This document shows positions 35,713 through 46,026 of a DNA stretch of 64,000 nt, one piece after another (within the stretch, counting starts at the first letter, position 1; every line of letters starts with the position of its first letter). The stretch spans positions 565,253 through 629,252 of the forward strand of contig NZ_JAQNDN010000024.1 in assembly GCF_028369095.1 (NCBI RefSeq), given 5' to 3'. Under the pieces are notes generated by a model. That model ran no database searches. It saw only the letters and a list, made by a program, of their open reading frames with translations, and was not told the origin of the DNA. The position numbers and the translations under genes are program-made. Origin of the DNA: Nannocystis radixulma. Lineage in GTDB: Bacteria > Myxococcota_A > Polyangia > Nannocystales > Nannocystaceae.

Positions 35713-38700
35713 GACAGACGGCGACCGCGGCGCATGAGCATGCCGTCGCCGGCGAGGCCGACGAGATCGGGCGCACCGTCGCCGTCGACGTCGGGGTAGG
35801 CGACGGCAGTGAGCGGGGCCTCTGCGAGCTGGATCCGCGCGGGCGGGCCGTGACCGAGCAGCCACGCGAAGGTCGCCTGCTTTTCGACGACCGTCAGGTC
35901 GTAGCGCTCGTCGCCGTCGACATCGGCCACCCGCAGCAGCGTCGCTGCCTCCTCGGTCACGAGGGCGACGCGTCGCTCGGGGTCGCCGGCCTCGTGGCGG
36001 TAGATGGTGGCCCCGTCCTGCGTCACGAGCTCGACGCGGTGGTCGGGGCCGAGCTTGCCGAACGCGGCCATCCGGCCGGGCAGGTCCACGACGCTCCATG
36101 CGCTCGGACCGTCGTTGCGCAGCAGGACCGGAGGGTTCTCCAGGAGCGTGATGACGGCATCGAGGTCGCCGTCGTCGTCGACGTCGCCGAGCTGGAACGA
36201 CTCCGCGAAGTCGCGGCGCGGCACGTCGGCGAGCGATTGCCATGGTTCGAAGGTGAACGGCTCGGCGGTGCCGCGGGCCACGTCGAGCTTGACGACATGC
36301 AACATGTGGAGGGCGAGGATGTCGAGGTGGCCGTCGCCGTCGACGTCGGCGACGGCGAGGTGCGAGATCCCCTGGGTCGTGAGTCGGTCGACGACGAGCG
36401 GCTGCTCCGTGAGCTGCGGGCCGATACGGAAGGCCTCGACGAAGTCGCTGAAGTTGACCGTGAGCACCTCGGAGAAGCCGTCGCCGTCGAAGTCGCCCGT
36501 GGCGAGAGCGGGGCTCCACCCCACGAACGTGACGCCGTCGGTGCGGACGAGCGGGTCGGTCTCGCTGCCCCAGCTCCAGACGACGCCGCCATCGCTGCGG
36601 ACGACGACGTCGTCGCGCCCATCGCCGTCGAGGTCGGCGTCGAGCAGCTCGAGGCCGGGTCCGTGCAAGGCGAACCACTCGGCATTCAAGCCCGGTCGCA
36701 TGAATTCGCGGACGATGTGGCTGGCGACCCACTGGGGTGCCACCTCGGCGAGGTCGAACTGAGCGTCCGGGCGCGACGCGAGAGCCAACGCGAGGCCGCC
36801 CGGGAGCGTGGTTTCGACGCGCTCGGCCGCCAAGGTCCCGTCGCCGAGGCCGCGCTGGTACGCGATAATGGGGTAGTCGAACATCACTGCGTCGAGCAGC
36901 TCGTCGCCGTCGAGGTCGTGCAGATGGGACGGGGCCGCCTGCTCCTCGAAGGTCGTCACCGGGGCGCCGTCGGCGAGACCGTCCATGCGCCAGCGGATGT
37001 TGTCGTCGCCGAAGAACACCTCGGGGTCGCCGTCGCCGTCGAGGTCGGCCGCGGTGAGCCTGGCCCTGGGCGCGATCGGGAGGCGGTCAAGGGCCGCGAG
37101 GTCGTGCTCGAAGTCGGGCTCGAATGCGTCGTTGGCGGGCGTCAGATGCGTGAGCACCGGAGCGCCGTCGCGGCGGCCGAGGATGAGCGGTTCGTCGACG
37201 CCGTCGGCGTCGAGGTCGACGGGCGCGAGGGCTTCCACGACCAGGTCCTCGATGGCCGTCGTGACCGTGGCGAGGCCGTCGCCGTCGAAGCGGAGCACCC
37301 GCGCGCCCGGCACCTCGACGTCGTCAAAGTTCGCCTTCGTCGCCAGCACGGCGATCGCCGTTGGTTGACCCGCGCCCGTCCGCAACGGCACCAGCGCCCG
37401 CGCCGGGATGTCCGACACCACCCGCGGTCCGGCGAGGAATTGCCCGTCCTCGCCGGCGATCAGGGCGCGCACGTCGTCGCCGTCGTCGAGGACGATGTCG
37501 TCGCGCCCGTCGCCCGAGACGTCGGCGGTGACCATCGCCGTCGCCGGCGCGTCGAGCTCGTACTGCAGCCCGTGATCGAAGCCGCCGTCGGCGCGGCCGT
37601 GAAACAGGCGGAGGCGGTTTGTGGACGTGGCGGCGAAGTCGAGCAAGTGATCGCTGTCGAGGTCGCCGGTGGCCAGCGATCGCTCGTAGTAGAACTTCAG
37701 CGGCGGGCTGCGCCACACCTCGAGCGGACGGAAGCCGGCGCGCCAGGACAGGCGAGCCAGATAGTGGCGGCTGCCGACGAGCACCTGATCGCCAGGGCCA
37801 GGGCCGACCCAGCGCGTCTCCGGCAGCTCCCGCTCGTTGCGCCCGAGCCAGGCCGCGCCCTTGCCGACCCAGGTGACGAGGGTATCGTCGCGCGGGACGC
37901 TCACGCTCGCCAGGCCGCTCGGCGACGCGGGGCTTGCGACCAGGCCCGCGCTCGGAGCTGCCGCGGGGAGGACGGGCAGCGCGATCGGGCTCGAGAACCG
38001 GCCGTGGCCGTCATTGCGGTGGAACAGCACGCTCTGTTGCAGCGCGTTGCGGGCCACCGCGTCGAGGTCGCCGTCGCCGTCGTGATCGGCGAGCACGAGC
38101 CAGAACTCGCCCTCGGACCCCGGCTGCGCGACGGCGGGCTTCAGCGTCCCGTCGCCCGCGCCGCGCAGCAATTGCAACGCCCCCGCGGCGTCGACGACGA
38201 CCACGTCTGCGTGCGCGTCACCGTCGACGTCGCCGACCTCGAGGTCGATCGGTTGCTCGCCGGCCGGGTACTCGCGCACGGCGCCGTCGCGGGGATCGAC
38301 GACCGCGATCGCCTTCGCGTCGGGGAGCGCGACGAGGAGCTCCGGGGCGCCGTCGCCGGCGAGGTCGGCGCTGTCGAGTCGGACCGGTGGCTGGCTCAGC
38401 GGAATGTCGCGTCGCCGCACGAGCCGGCGGTCGGCGTCCATGGCGAAGATCGCCAGCTGCGGCGGCTTGCTCAGGGCGACCGCGACCTCGCCGGGCAACG
38501 CAGCGAGCGCCATCGGCGGCCCGACGAGCGCGACGCTCGTGCGCCAGGCGCGAAGGTCCGTGCCGTGCGCCAGGGTCAGCTTCCGCCCGTCTGAGAGCAT
38601 GACGGCCTCGTCTTCGCCGTCGCCGTCGAGGTCGACGACGACGGCATCGTCGACCGGCGTCGCAAGCAGGCGAAACTCCGGATCGCCACCGCACCATCCC

Positions 38701-38804
38701 GCCCGCGGATCACACGCTTCGTCGCCGGCGCCGCAGGCGGCCACGAACAGGCCGAGCGGGGCGAGAGCGACGATCCATGAGGCCGAGCGCCGACGGGGCA
38801 TCAT
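35697..38804 (-). CDS. FG-GAP/VCBS repeat (integrin-alpha-like beta-propeller) lipoprotein, 1036 aa
   Basis: ATG at complement 38802-38804. Lipobox LFVAAC-GAGD. More than 10 repeats with DxDGDG cores (DLDGDGEDEAV, DVDGDAHADVVVVD, DLDGDGDPEVFF, DVDDDGDLDAVI). Confidence 0.8.
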   Translation of the reverse strand: MMPRRRSASWIVALAPLGLFVAACGAGDEACDPRAGWCGGDPEFRLLATPVDDAVVVDLDGDGEDEAVMLSDGRKLTLAHGTDLRAWRTSVALVGPPMALAALPGEVAVALSKPPQLAIFAMDADRRLVRRRDIPLSQPPVRLDSADLAGDGAPELLVALPDAKAIAVVDPRDGAVREYPAGEQPIDLEVGDVDGDAHADVVVVDAAGALQLLRGAGDGTLKPAVAQPGSEGEFWLVLADHDGDGDLDAVARNALQQSVLFHRNDGHGRFSSPIALPVLPAAAPSAGLVASPASPSGLASVSVPRDDTLVTWVGKGAAWLGRNERELPETRWVGPGPGDQVLVGSRHYLARLSWRAGFRPLEVWRSPPLKFYYERSLATGDLDSDHLLDFAATSTNRLRLFHGRADGGFDHGLQYELDAPATAMVTADVSGDGRDDIVLDDGDDVRALIAGEDGQFLAGPRVVSDIPARALVPLRTGAGQPTAIAVLATKANFDDVEVPGARVLRFDGDGLATVTTAIEDLVVEALAPVDLDADGVDEPLILGRRDGAPVLTHLTPANDAFEPDFEHDLAALDRLPIAPRARLTAADLDGDGDPEVFFGDDNIRWRMDGLADGAPVTTFEEQAAPSHLHDLDGDELLDAVMFDYPIIAYQRGLGDGTLAAERVETTLPGGLALALASRPDAQFDLAEVAPQWVASHIVREFMRPGLNAEWFALHGPGLELLDADLDGDGRDDVVVRSDGGVVWSWGSETDPLVRTDGVTFVGWSPALATGDFDGDGFSEVLTVNFSDFVEAFRIGPQLTEQPLVVDRLTTQGISHLAVADVDGDGHLDILALHMLHVVKLDVARGTAEPFTFEPWQSLADVPRRDFAESFQLGDVDDDGDLDAVITLLENPPVLLRNDGPSAWSVVDLPGRMAAFGKLGPDHRVELVTQDGATIYRHEAGDPERRVALVTEEAATLLRVADVDGDERYDLTVVEKQATFAWLLGHGPPARIQLAEAPLTAVAYPDVDGDGAPDLVGLAGDGMLMRRGRRLSPDVP

Positions 38805-38911
38805 GCAGCCCGGAGAGGGTGAACGGCCGGACGGCCGCGAGCAAGCGTCGCGCGCAGGCGGGGGCGATCCGCGGCGACGCCGTGGGCCCAGCTCGCGTGC
38901 GATGGTCGCGC

Positions 38912-39955
38912 TCAGCCGACCGGCGGCGGCAGCTCGTCGCAGGACAGCTGGATGAGCGCGAGCGCCTGGTCGAGCGCCTGAGCCAGATCTCCCTGGCAGA
39001 TGTCGCCCATCATGCCGTTGGGGACCAGCGAGGTGAACTCGTGAAGGATCGGGGCCGCGGCGGCGCTGCCGAACGCCGAGTCGCACTCGGCGGCCTGCGG
39101 GCCGGCGATGGTGACGACGACGTAGCGCTCGTCGCCGCCGGCGAAATTGTCGAGCGCCTTCTTGGTGGCCGCGGGCGTGGTGGTGGTGTTGTTCACGTCG
39201 TCGTCCTCGTCGGTGAGGAGGACGATCACGAGCAGCGAGGCGTCGCCGCGGTAAAAGCCGGCGTTGACCTGGCCGGCCTCCGACTTGGCGATGAACATGT
39301 CGATGGCGTCGAGCGGCCGCTCGCGCCCGAGGTCGGTGCAGAAGTTACAGGGGGACTTGGGGTCCGGCGCCAGGCAGCTGAAGGAGCTGGTGACGCTCGC
39401 CCCCGGGCCGTCGATCCACAGCCTGCCGCCGAGGTCGCAGTCGTCGTCGAACAGGTTGTCGCCGTCGAACAGCGCGCCGTCGAGGCCCATGGTCGACTTG
39501 CCGTCCTTGTTGTCGACGATCGAGGAATTGGTGACGCCGAGCCGATAGCCGACGGCCTCCTTGCTCGGGTCCGCGATGTAGCTGTCGAGCACGGCGACGA
39601 AGTTGGGGAAGTTGGCGTCGAGGTTGGCCTTCTCCTCGCTCATCGAGGCCGAGACATCGACGACGAACAGGACGTCGATGAACTCGCAGCCGAGGCCGAC
39701 GGGGCTGCCGAAGTCGCCCTGCGCGCCGAGGTCGAGCTTGAGCGCGTCGCTGTCGTCGCCCTCGCTCGTGCCGTCGGTCCCGGAGCCTGTGGAGGTGGTC
39801 GGCAGCAGGTCGTCGATGCTGGTGATGCCGCTCGCGGCCGGCGCGGTGGTGATCCCCGCGCCGCTGCTCGCGCTGGCTCCGCCGTGATCGTCGCCGCCAC
39901 AGGCGCACACGAGCCACGGGACGAACAGGGCGAGCGAGGGGAGGCGAGGCGACAT
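38912..39955 (-). CDS. VWA-domain lipoprotein (paralogue-like of 8337..10130)
   Basis: Lipobox WLVCAC-GGDD. S/T/G linker. MIDAS DxSxS in IDVLFVVDVSASMSEE. Confidence 0.7.
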   Translation of the reverse strand: MSPRLPSLALFVPWLVCACGGDDHGGASASSGAGITTAPAASGITSIDDLLPTTSTGSGTDGTSEGDDSDALKLDLGAQGDFGSPVGLGCEFIDVLFVVDVSASMSEEKANLDANFPNFVAVLDSYIADPSKEAVGYRLGVTNSSIVDNKDGKSTMGLDGALFDGDNLFDDDCDLGGRLWIDGPGASVTSSFSCLAPDPKSPCNFCTDLGRERPLDAIDMFIAKSEAGQVNAGFYRGDASLLVIVLLTDEDDDVNNTTTTPAATKKALDNFAGGDERYVVVTIAGPQAAECDSAFGSAAAAPILHEFTSLVPNGMMGDICQGDLAQALDQALALIQLSCDELPPPVG

Positions 39956-40045
39956 GCCCTGTTCTTACCGCCGAGTCCGTGGACGGCCATGCTCGCGGCG
40001 TGCCGCGAGTCCCACCGATCACGCCCGGCCTGATATGGTCGCGCG

Positions 40046-41068
40046 ATGCTCTCGCCGTCCACCCAGGGCCACGATCGCCGCCGGCTGCGTGTCGCCGTCC
40101 TGCTCACCCTCGTGATCGGGTGCACGCCGGCAGCCGCGCCCGCGACCGCGCCCGCACCCGCACCCGCGACCACGCCCCCTGCGGCGACCGACACGCCGGC
40201 GGTGGCCGTCACGTTCGACGACCTGATCGTCGGCGGCCGTGATCTCGAGCCGGCCCGCACCGAGGCGATGACGCGCGCGCTGCTCGGTCACCTCCGCGAC
40301 GGCGCGGTGCCGACCGTCGGCTTCGTCAACGCGGCGAAGCTGCAGGACGGACCGGCGAAGACCGAGCGCCTGCGGATCCTCCGGCTGTGGACGGAGGCCG
40401 GGGTGGAGCTCGGCAACCACACGTTCTCCCACCCGTCGCTGCACGCGACGCCGGCGGCGGACTACGAGGCGGACGTGATCCGCGGCGAGCCGGACATCCG
40501 CGAACTCAACGCGTCGCGCGGGCTCGGGCTGCGCTGGTTCCGCCACCCGTACCTGCACACGGGCACGTCGCTCGAGGTCCGCGCGGAGATCGATCGCTTC
40601 CTCGCCGAGCGCGGCTACACGGTCGCGCCGGTGACGATCGACAACTCGGACTGGCTTTACAACTTCGTCTACACCGACGCGAAGTCGCGCGGCGACGGCG
40701 AGACGATGCGCCGCGTCGGCGAGGCGTTCGTGGCGTCGATGGAGGCGGCGCTGACGTTCCACGAGGAGGCGACGGCGGCGCTGTTCGGCCGGCCGATCCG
40801 CCACGTACTGCTGCTCCACGCCAACGAGATCAACGCCGAGTACTTCGACGACGTCGTGGCGATCTACAAGCGCCGCGGTTATCGCTTCATCACCCTCGAC
40901 GAGGCGTTGACCGACCCGGCCTACCGCGAGGCCGACCGCTTCACCGGCGCGTCGGGGGTGTCGTGGCTGTACCGCTGGGACTGGACGCGCGGGCGCAAGC
41001 AGGTCGACTGGCGCGCCGAGCCCGAGCCGCCGGCGTTCGTGCAGGAGCTGTTCGACGCCAGCCAGTGA
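40046..41068 (+). CDS. polysaccharide deacetylase (NodB-homology) family lipoprotein
   Basis: Lipobox LVIGC-TP. NodB motifs VTFDD and NHTFSHP. Confidence 0.8.
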   Translation: MLSPSTQGHDRRRLRVAVLLTLVIGCTPAAAPATAPAPAPATTPPAATDTPAVAVTFDDLIVGGRDLEPARTEAMTRALLGHLRDGAVPTVGFVNAAKLQDGPAKTERLRILRLWTEAGVELGNHTFSHPSLHATPAADYEADVIRGEPDIRELNASRGLGLRWFRHPYLHTGTSLEVRAEIDRFLAERGYTVAPVTIDNSDWLYNFVYTDAKSRGDGETMRRVGEAFVASMEAALTFHEEATAALFGRPIRHVLLLHANEINAEYFDDVVAIYKRRGYRFITLDEALTDPAYREADRFTGASGVSWLYRWDWTRGRKQVDWRAEPEPPAFVQELFDASQ

Positions 41069-41106
41069 GGGCAGGGCGCGGCGCGCTGCCGTGATTGACG
41101 AATGGA

Positions 41107-41190
41107 CGGAAGAGACAGGAATCGAACCTGCTACGGTGTTACCCGCGACGGTTTTCGGGACCGTTTGCCAAACCAAATGGCCGCTCTCCC
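41107..41190 (-). tRNA. tRNA-Ser (anticodon CGA), class II with long variable arm
   Basis: Reverse complement is GGGAGAG...ACGGT-CCCGAAA-ACCGT...GCAGGTTCGATTCCTGT-CTCTTCC-G. 7-bp acceptor stem, TpsiC loop, 17-nt variable arm. C at position 33 is atypical. CCA is not encoded. Confidence 0.7.
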
Positions 41191-41200
41191 AGGAGATGTA

Positions 41201-41284
41201 CGGAGCAGGAGGGATTCGAACCCCCGGAGGCGTGAGCCCCCCGGCTTTCCAGGCCGGTGTCCTGGACCACTGGACGACTGCTCC
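41201..41284 (-). tRNA. tRNA-Ser (anticodon GGA)
   Basis: Reverse complement is GGAGCAG-TC-GTCC-AGTGGTCCA-GGAC-A-CCGGC-CTGGAAA-GCCGG-[GGGGCTCACGCCTCC]-GGGGG-TTCGAAT-CCCTC-CTGCTCC-G. Perfect acceptor stem. Confidence 0.85.
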
Positions 41285-41298
41285 GAATGTGAAGACGA

Positions 41299-41385
41299 CG
41301 GAAGGAGCGCGGATCGAACGCGCGCGGGTTTTCAGGCCCGTCCACGGGTTAGCACCCCGGAGCCTTGCCTCTCGGCCATCCTTCC
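41299..41385 (-). tRNA. tRNA-Ser (anticodon GCT)
   Basis: Reverse complement is GGAAGGA-TG-GCCGAGAGGCAAGGC...GTGCTAA...-[long variable arm]-GCGCG-TTCGATC-CGCGC-TCCTTCC-G. Ser-type D arm. Confidence 0.8.
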
Positions 41386-42218
41386 AGAATCATGGGTGTC
41401 GGGCGGACGCGCGGGCCCGGTCGCAATCGCGGATCGCGATCGCGTGCGCTCGCATCGGCGACGACGACGACCCGCAGGTCACCATCGCCTGGCGTTCGGC
41501 GACGAGGCGACGCAGGTCGCCGTCGCGGCTTACGCCGGCCGAAACGGCCTTCCGGCCGCAGATGCTGGAGCTCACGCCGTCGCAATCGCGTGACGGCGCC
41601 GCGGCGCCCACGCTATCGTGACGACGAACTCGAGCGCCCGAATCCGCTGCGGGATCGAGGACTCAGGGTCCGATCGGAACGACGAGGGAACATGTGGACA
41701 ATCTATCATGGGTGCCGGCGGCCGTCAAGCGCCCGTCGATGAATTATGAAATTATCAAAGCGCGAATGGTGGGTGTCCGCTCGACGCGGGCTGTGATGAT
41801 TCGCCGACGCGCCTCGATAGGCGCGGCAGATGCCCTCGATCGGCGCGCACGATCGCGCCGCGACGTCCGCAGACCGTCGTCGAGTTCGCGCCTCTCCAGA
41901 CCTCGCCGCGGCTCACGTCGCCGGCCCGTCGCCTGCGGACGACGCCGTGATGCCTGGCGTCGTTCGGCCTGCCCGCAGACGCCTGCGTGGAACGCGTCGC
42001 AGCGGCCGATTCGCACCAGCGGTCCCGTTGACGCCGGCTGGCGGCTTGGGGTACGCATGTGCCGCATGGCAGTCCACGGCGGCGACTCGCCCGAGGCCAA
42101 GGCGGGCGACGCCCGCGGCGGCGCGGCGGCTCGCGGCGACGTCGGCTTCGCGGCCACCGTCGACTCCGACACCATCGACACCGTCGACTCCGAGACGGTC
42201 GACGGGCCGAGCGCGGGC

Positions 42219-45200
42219 ATGAGCATCGGCTCGAGCGGGCGGGCCCGCCTGCCCGCGCACCTCGACAGCACCGCCTCGCACGACGCGGCCAACGTGTTCG
42301 TCGCTTCGGCGATGCCGATGAACATCGGCCGCCACGTGCTGGTGCGACCGCTCGGGATGGGCGGCATGGGCCAGGTGTTCGAGGCGCGCGCGCCCGACGG
42401 CACCACGGTGGCGCTGAAGATCATTCGCGGCACCAGCCCCGAGCGGCTGTATCGCTTCAAGCGGGAGTTCCGCTCGCTGTCGGCGGTGGTCCACCCGAAC
42501 ATCGTCGCGCTCTACGACCTCGTCCACGTCGACGACCAGCACGGCGCGGGGCTGGCGTTCTTCACCATGGAGCTGCTCCGCGGCGCGCACTTCGTGAGCG
42601 CGGTGCGCGACGAGCTTCCCGACGGCGAGGGGCTCGACGAGGCCGGGCTGCGGCGATTGCAGGACTGCATGGTCGGCCTGGCCTGCGGGCTGTCGTGCGT
42701 GCACCGCCACGGCCTGGTCCACCGCGACATCAAGCCGTCGAACGTGATGGTCACCGCGTCGGGCCGCGTGGTCGTGCTCGACCTCGGGCTGGTGCGCGAG
42801 AGCCGGGTCGCCTCGTTCGACAACGTCGGCGAGAACGCGGCGCTGCTCGGCACGCCGCTCTACATGGCGCCGGAGCAGATCGTGCGCTCCGACGACGCCG
42901 GCCCGCCCGCCGACTGGTACGCCGTCGGCGAGGTGCTGTGGGAGTGCCTGAGCGGCGAGTCGCGCCACACCGGCCGCCCGCTGGTCGAGGTGTTCGAGCG
43001 CAAATTGATGGAGGTGCCCGAGGCCCCGTCGCGCCGGCGCCCCGGGGTGCCGCAGCACCTCGATCGTCTGTGCATCGACCTGCTGGCGCGCGAGCCGGAG
43101 GATCGCCCGACCGCCGCGGAGGTGCTCACACGCCTGGGCCGCGGCGACCTGGTGGCGATCGAGCTGACGATCCAGGGCCTGCTCGGGCGCGAGCAGGAGG
43201 CCCGGCTGCTGCGCGATCACATCGTCCAGCCCGGCCGCACCAGCGCGGTGTTCGTCAGCGGGCCGTCGGGCTTCGGCAAGACCACGCTGGTCGAGCACGT
43301 CCTCGACGTCGCCCGCCGCGAGGACGGCATCGTCGCGTTCTCCGGCAGCTGCTCGGAGCGCGAGTCGATCCCGTTCAAGGCCCTCGACTCGGCGATCGAC
43401 GCCCTCGGCCTGTACCTGTGCAGCAGCGACGCCGGCGACGCGACCGCGATCGGCCGGCGCGAGGATCTGGCGGCCCTGGCCCGGCTGTTCCCGGTGCTGC
43501 GCACGGTGCCGGCGATCCGCGCGATCGACGACGCGCGCCTCGACGGCTGCGACCCGATCGAGATCCGCCGCCGCGCCGCCGACTCGCTGGCCGAGCTGCT
43601 CACGCGCATCGCGATCCGCCGCCAGGTGGTGCTCGCGCTCGACGACCTGCAATGGGCCGACCTCGACAGCGTGCTCCTGCTCGAGTCGGTGCTGCTGCGC
43701 AAACACCCGCCGCCGGTCGCGCTGCTCGGCAGCCACCGCGAGGGCACCGAGGCCACGCGCGCCCCGCTGGCGCACCTGTGGGGCAGCCTCGAGGCCAGCG
43801 AGCAGGTGGCGCTGCGCCGCGTGGTGGTCGGGCCGCTGTCGGAGGAGCAATCGATCGCCCTCGCGGCGCGCCTGCTCGGCGGTCCCGTCGACGATCCGGT
43901 GGCCGCACGCGTCGCTCGTGAGGCCCGCGGCAGCCCGTTCTTCATCGGCGAGCTGGTCCGCTACGCGCTGGCCCACGGCGGCCTCGACGACGCCGGTCTC
44001 AGCCTCGACGGCCTGCTACGCACGCACCTGCAGCGCCTGCCGCCGTCGGCCAAGCGATTGGTCGAGGTGCTCGCGGTGGCCGGTGGCCGGCTGCCGCGCA
44101 CGCTCGCGGTCGACATCGTCACCGCCGCCGCCGGGCCGGTCGATCGCGGCACCCTGGCCCGACTGCGCGCCGAGCACCTGATTCGGATCGCCGATTCGTC
44201 GCAGGACGACGTGCTCGAGACCTACCACGATCGCGTGCGCGAGGCCGCGGCGCAGGAGGCCGCCGAATCGCACGGGTCCGAGCTCGCGGCGATCCACCGG
44301 GCGATCGGCGAGGCGCTGCTGCGCTCCGGCTCGGCCGACACCGCCACGCTGGCGCATCACTTCCGCGCCGCCAACGACACCGAGCGGGCCACGCGGTTCA
44401 CCCTCGCCGCCGCCGAGGACGCCGCGCGCGCGCTGGCCTTCGATCAGGCCGCCGAGCTGTTCCGGGCCACGCTGTCGATCGGGGGCATCGACGCGGCCGC
44501 GGCCACGCACACACGCGCGCGCCTGGCCGAGGCGCTGGCCAACGCCGGCCGCCTGCACGCCGCGGCCCGCGTCTACACCGACGCCGCGCACGCGGGCGAC
44601 GGGGCCGCCAGCGAGGCGCAGCGGACCGAGTGGTTGCGCCTGGCGGCCGCGCACTTCCTGTCGACGGGGCATCACGACGAGGGCAGGGCGGTGCTCGAGG
44701 AGCTGCTGCCGCGCGTCGGTCTGTCGCTGACCCGCGGCACTGCATCGACCATCGTCGCGCTGCTCGGGCAGCGCGCCCTGCTGGCCGCGCGCAAGCTCGA
44801 GCTGCCGTCGGCCGGCGCCAATCAGTTGTCCGAGCGCGACGCCCAGCGGCTCGACGTCTGCTGGACGGTCACGCGCGGGCTCATCTACAGCGACGGCATC
44901 GCCTCGGCGCTGTTCCACGCGCGTCACCTGCGGCTGGCGCTGAACAGCGGCGATCCGCTGCGGGCCGCGCGGGCGATCGGCTACGAGGCCTACGTGCGCG
45001 CGCTGATGGAGGGCGGCACCGCCGACGCCCAGGCGACCGCGATCTTCGACAGCCTCGAGGCCTCGGCCGACGTCCAGTCGAGCCCCTACGTCCGCGGAAT
45101 GTTGGCACAGTACCGCGCGGGCGCGCACCAGATGCTGTGTCGATTCGAGCAGGCGCTCGTCGACTACGAGCGGGGCATCGCCATCTTGCGCGAGCAGTGC

Positions 45201-45995
45201 ACCGGGGTGATGGACGAGATCGCCCAGATGGACGCCCACCGCATGACGGTGCTGATGTACCTCGGCCGGATCGGCGAGCTGTCCGACGTCGGCTTCCGCC
45301 TGCTCCGCGAGTGCGCCGAGCGGCCCAATCCGTACGTCGAGGGCTTCGCGCGCGGGGTGCTCGGCAATTACGTGTACCTCGCCCAGGACCAGGTCGACGC
45401 CGCCACCGAGCAGCTCGAGCACTACCGGCGCCACGCGCCCAAGCGGTTCGAGGCGCACTTCTTCAACTGCGCGTCGAAGCAGACCGAGCTGCTGCGCTAC
45501 CGCGGCGACGCCGAGGGCGCGTGGAAGCAGAACGAGATCGATTCGCCGCTGGTCGAGAAGCTGCTGTTCTTCCGCGTGCCGTTCGTCAAGGCCGAGTTCC
45601 ACCGCTCGCGCGCCGCCAATGCGCTGGCTCTGGCGGCGCAGACGAGCGACCCGGCGCCCCTCCTCAAGATCGCGCGCGCGGCCGCCAGGCACAACTTCCG
45701 CGTGCCGCTGCCGATGTCCGACGCCTACGGCCACCTCACGCTCGCCAGCGTCGCCGCGCTCGAGGGCAAGACCGAGCTCGCGGTGTCGGAGCTGCGCCGC
45801 ACGGTCGCCATCTTCGAGCGCCTCTCGATGGGCACCGATCTGGCGGCCTCGCGCCGGCGCCTGGCCGCGCTCGTCGGCGGCGACGAGGGCCGCGCGCACC
45901 AGCAGAAGGCGGACGCGTGGATGAGCGAGAGCCGGATCGCGCGCCCCGATCGCTTCACCGACATGGTCGCGCCGGGCTTCGTCCGGCGCACATAG
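42219..45995 (+). CDS. Ser/Thr protein kinase fused to AAA/STAND-type ATPase and TPR-like helical domain (~1258 aa)
   Basis: ATG 42219 (alternative 42312). Kinase motifs GMGGMGQVF, VALK, HRDIKPSNV, DLG, APE. P-loop VFVSGPSGFGKTTLV. Long Ala/Leu-rich helical C-terminus. Confidence 0.8.
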   Translation: MSIGSSGRARLPAHLDSTASHDAANVFVASAMPMNIGRHVLVRPLGMGGMGQVFEARAPDGTTVALKIIRGTSPERLYRFKREFRSLSAVVHPNIVALYDLVHVDDQHGAGLAFFTMELLRGAHFVSAVRDELPDGEGLDEAGLRRLQDCMVGLACGLSCVHRHGLVHRDIKPSNVMVTASGRVVVLDLGLVRESRVASFDNVGENAALLGTPLYMAPEQIVRSDDAGPPADWYAVGEVLWECLSGESRHTGRPLVEVFERKLMEVPEAPSRRRPGVPQHLDRLCIDLLAREPEDRPTAAEVLTRLGRGDLVAIELTIQGLLGREQEARLLRDHIVQPGRTSAVFVSGPSGFGKTTLVEHVLDVARREDGIVAFSGSCSERESIPFKALDSAIDALGLYLCSSDAGDATAIGRREDLAALARLFPVLRTVPAIRAIDDARLDGCDPIEIRRRAADSLAELLTRIAIRRQVVLALDDLQWADLDSVLLLESVLLRKHPPPVALLGSHREGTEATRAPLAHLWGSLEASEQVALRRVVVGPLSEEQSIALAARLLGGPVDDPVAARVAREARGSPFFIGELVRYALAHGGLDDAGLSLDGLLRTHLQRLPPSAKRLVEVLAVAGGRLPRTLAVDIVTAAAGPVDRGTLARLRAEHLIRIADSSQDDVLETYHDRVREAAAQEAAESHGSELAAIHRAIGEALLRSGSADTATLAHHFRAANDTERATRFTLAAAEDAARALAFDQAAELFRATLSIGGIDAAAATHTRARLAEALANAGRLHAAARVYTDAAHAGDGAASEAQRTEWLRLAAAHFLSTGHHDEGRAVLEELLPRVGLSLTRGTASTIVALLGQRALLAARKLELPSAGANQLSERDAQRLDVCWTVTRGLIYSDGIASALFHARHLRLALNSGDPLRAARAIGYEAYVRALMEGGTADAQATAIFDSLEASADVQSSPYVRGMLAQYRAGAHQMLCRFEQALVDYERGIAILREQCTGVMDEIAQMDAHRMTVLMYLGRIGELSDVGFRLLRECAERPNPYVEGFARGVLGNYVYLAQDQVDAATEQLEHYRRHAPKRFEAHFFNCASKQTELLRYRGDAEGAWKQNEIDSPLVEKLLFFRVPFVKAEFHRSRAANALALAAQTSDPAPLLKIARAAARHNFRVPLPMSDAYGHLTLASVAALEGKTELAVSELRRTVAIFERLSMGTDLAASRRRLAALVGGDEGRAHQQKADAWMSESRIARPDRFTDMVAPGFVRRT

Positions 45996-46026
45996 CCGAG
46001 CACCCCCGACAACCAGGAGCAGCGTG

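Noticed and set aside
41386-42218. Integrase or mobile element next to the tRNA-Ser array
   Set aside because: The only ORF in this stretch is Arg-rich and artefact-like (41365..41742). No tyrosine recombinase motifs and no tRNA 3'-end direct repeat were found.
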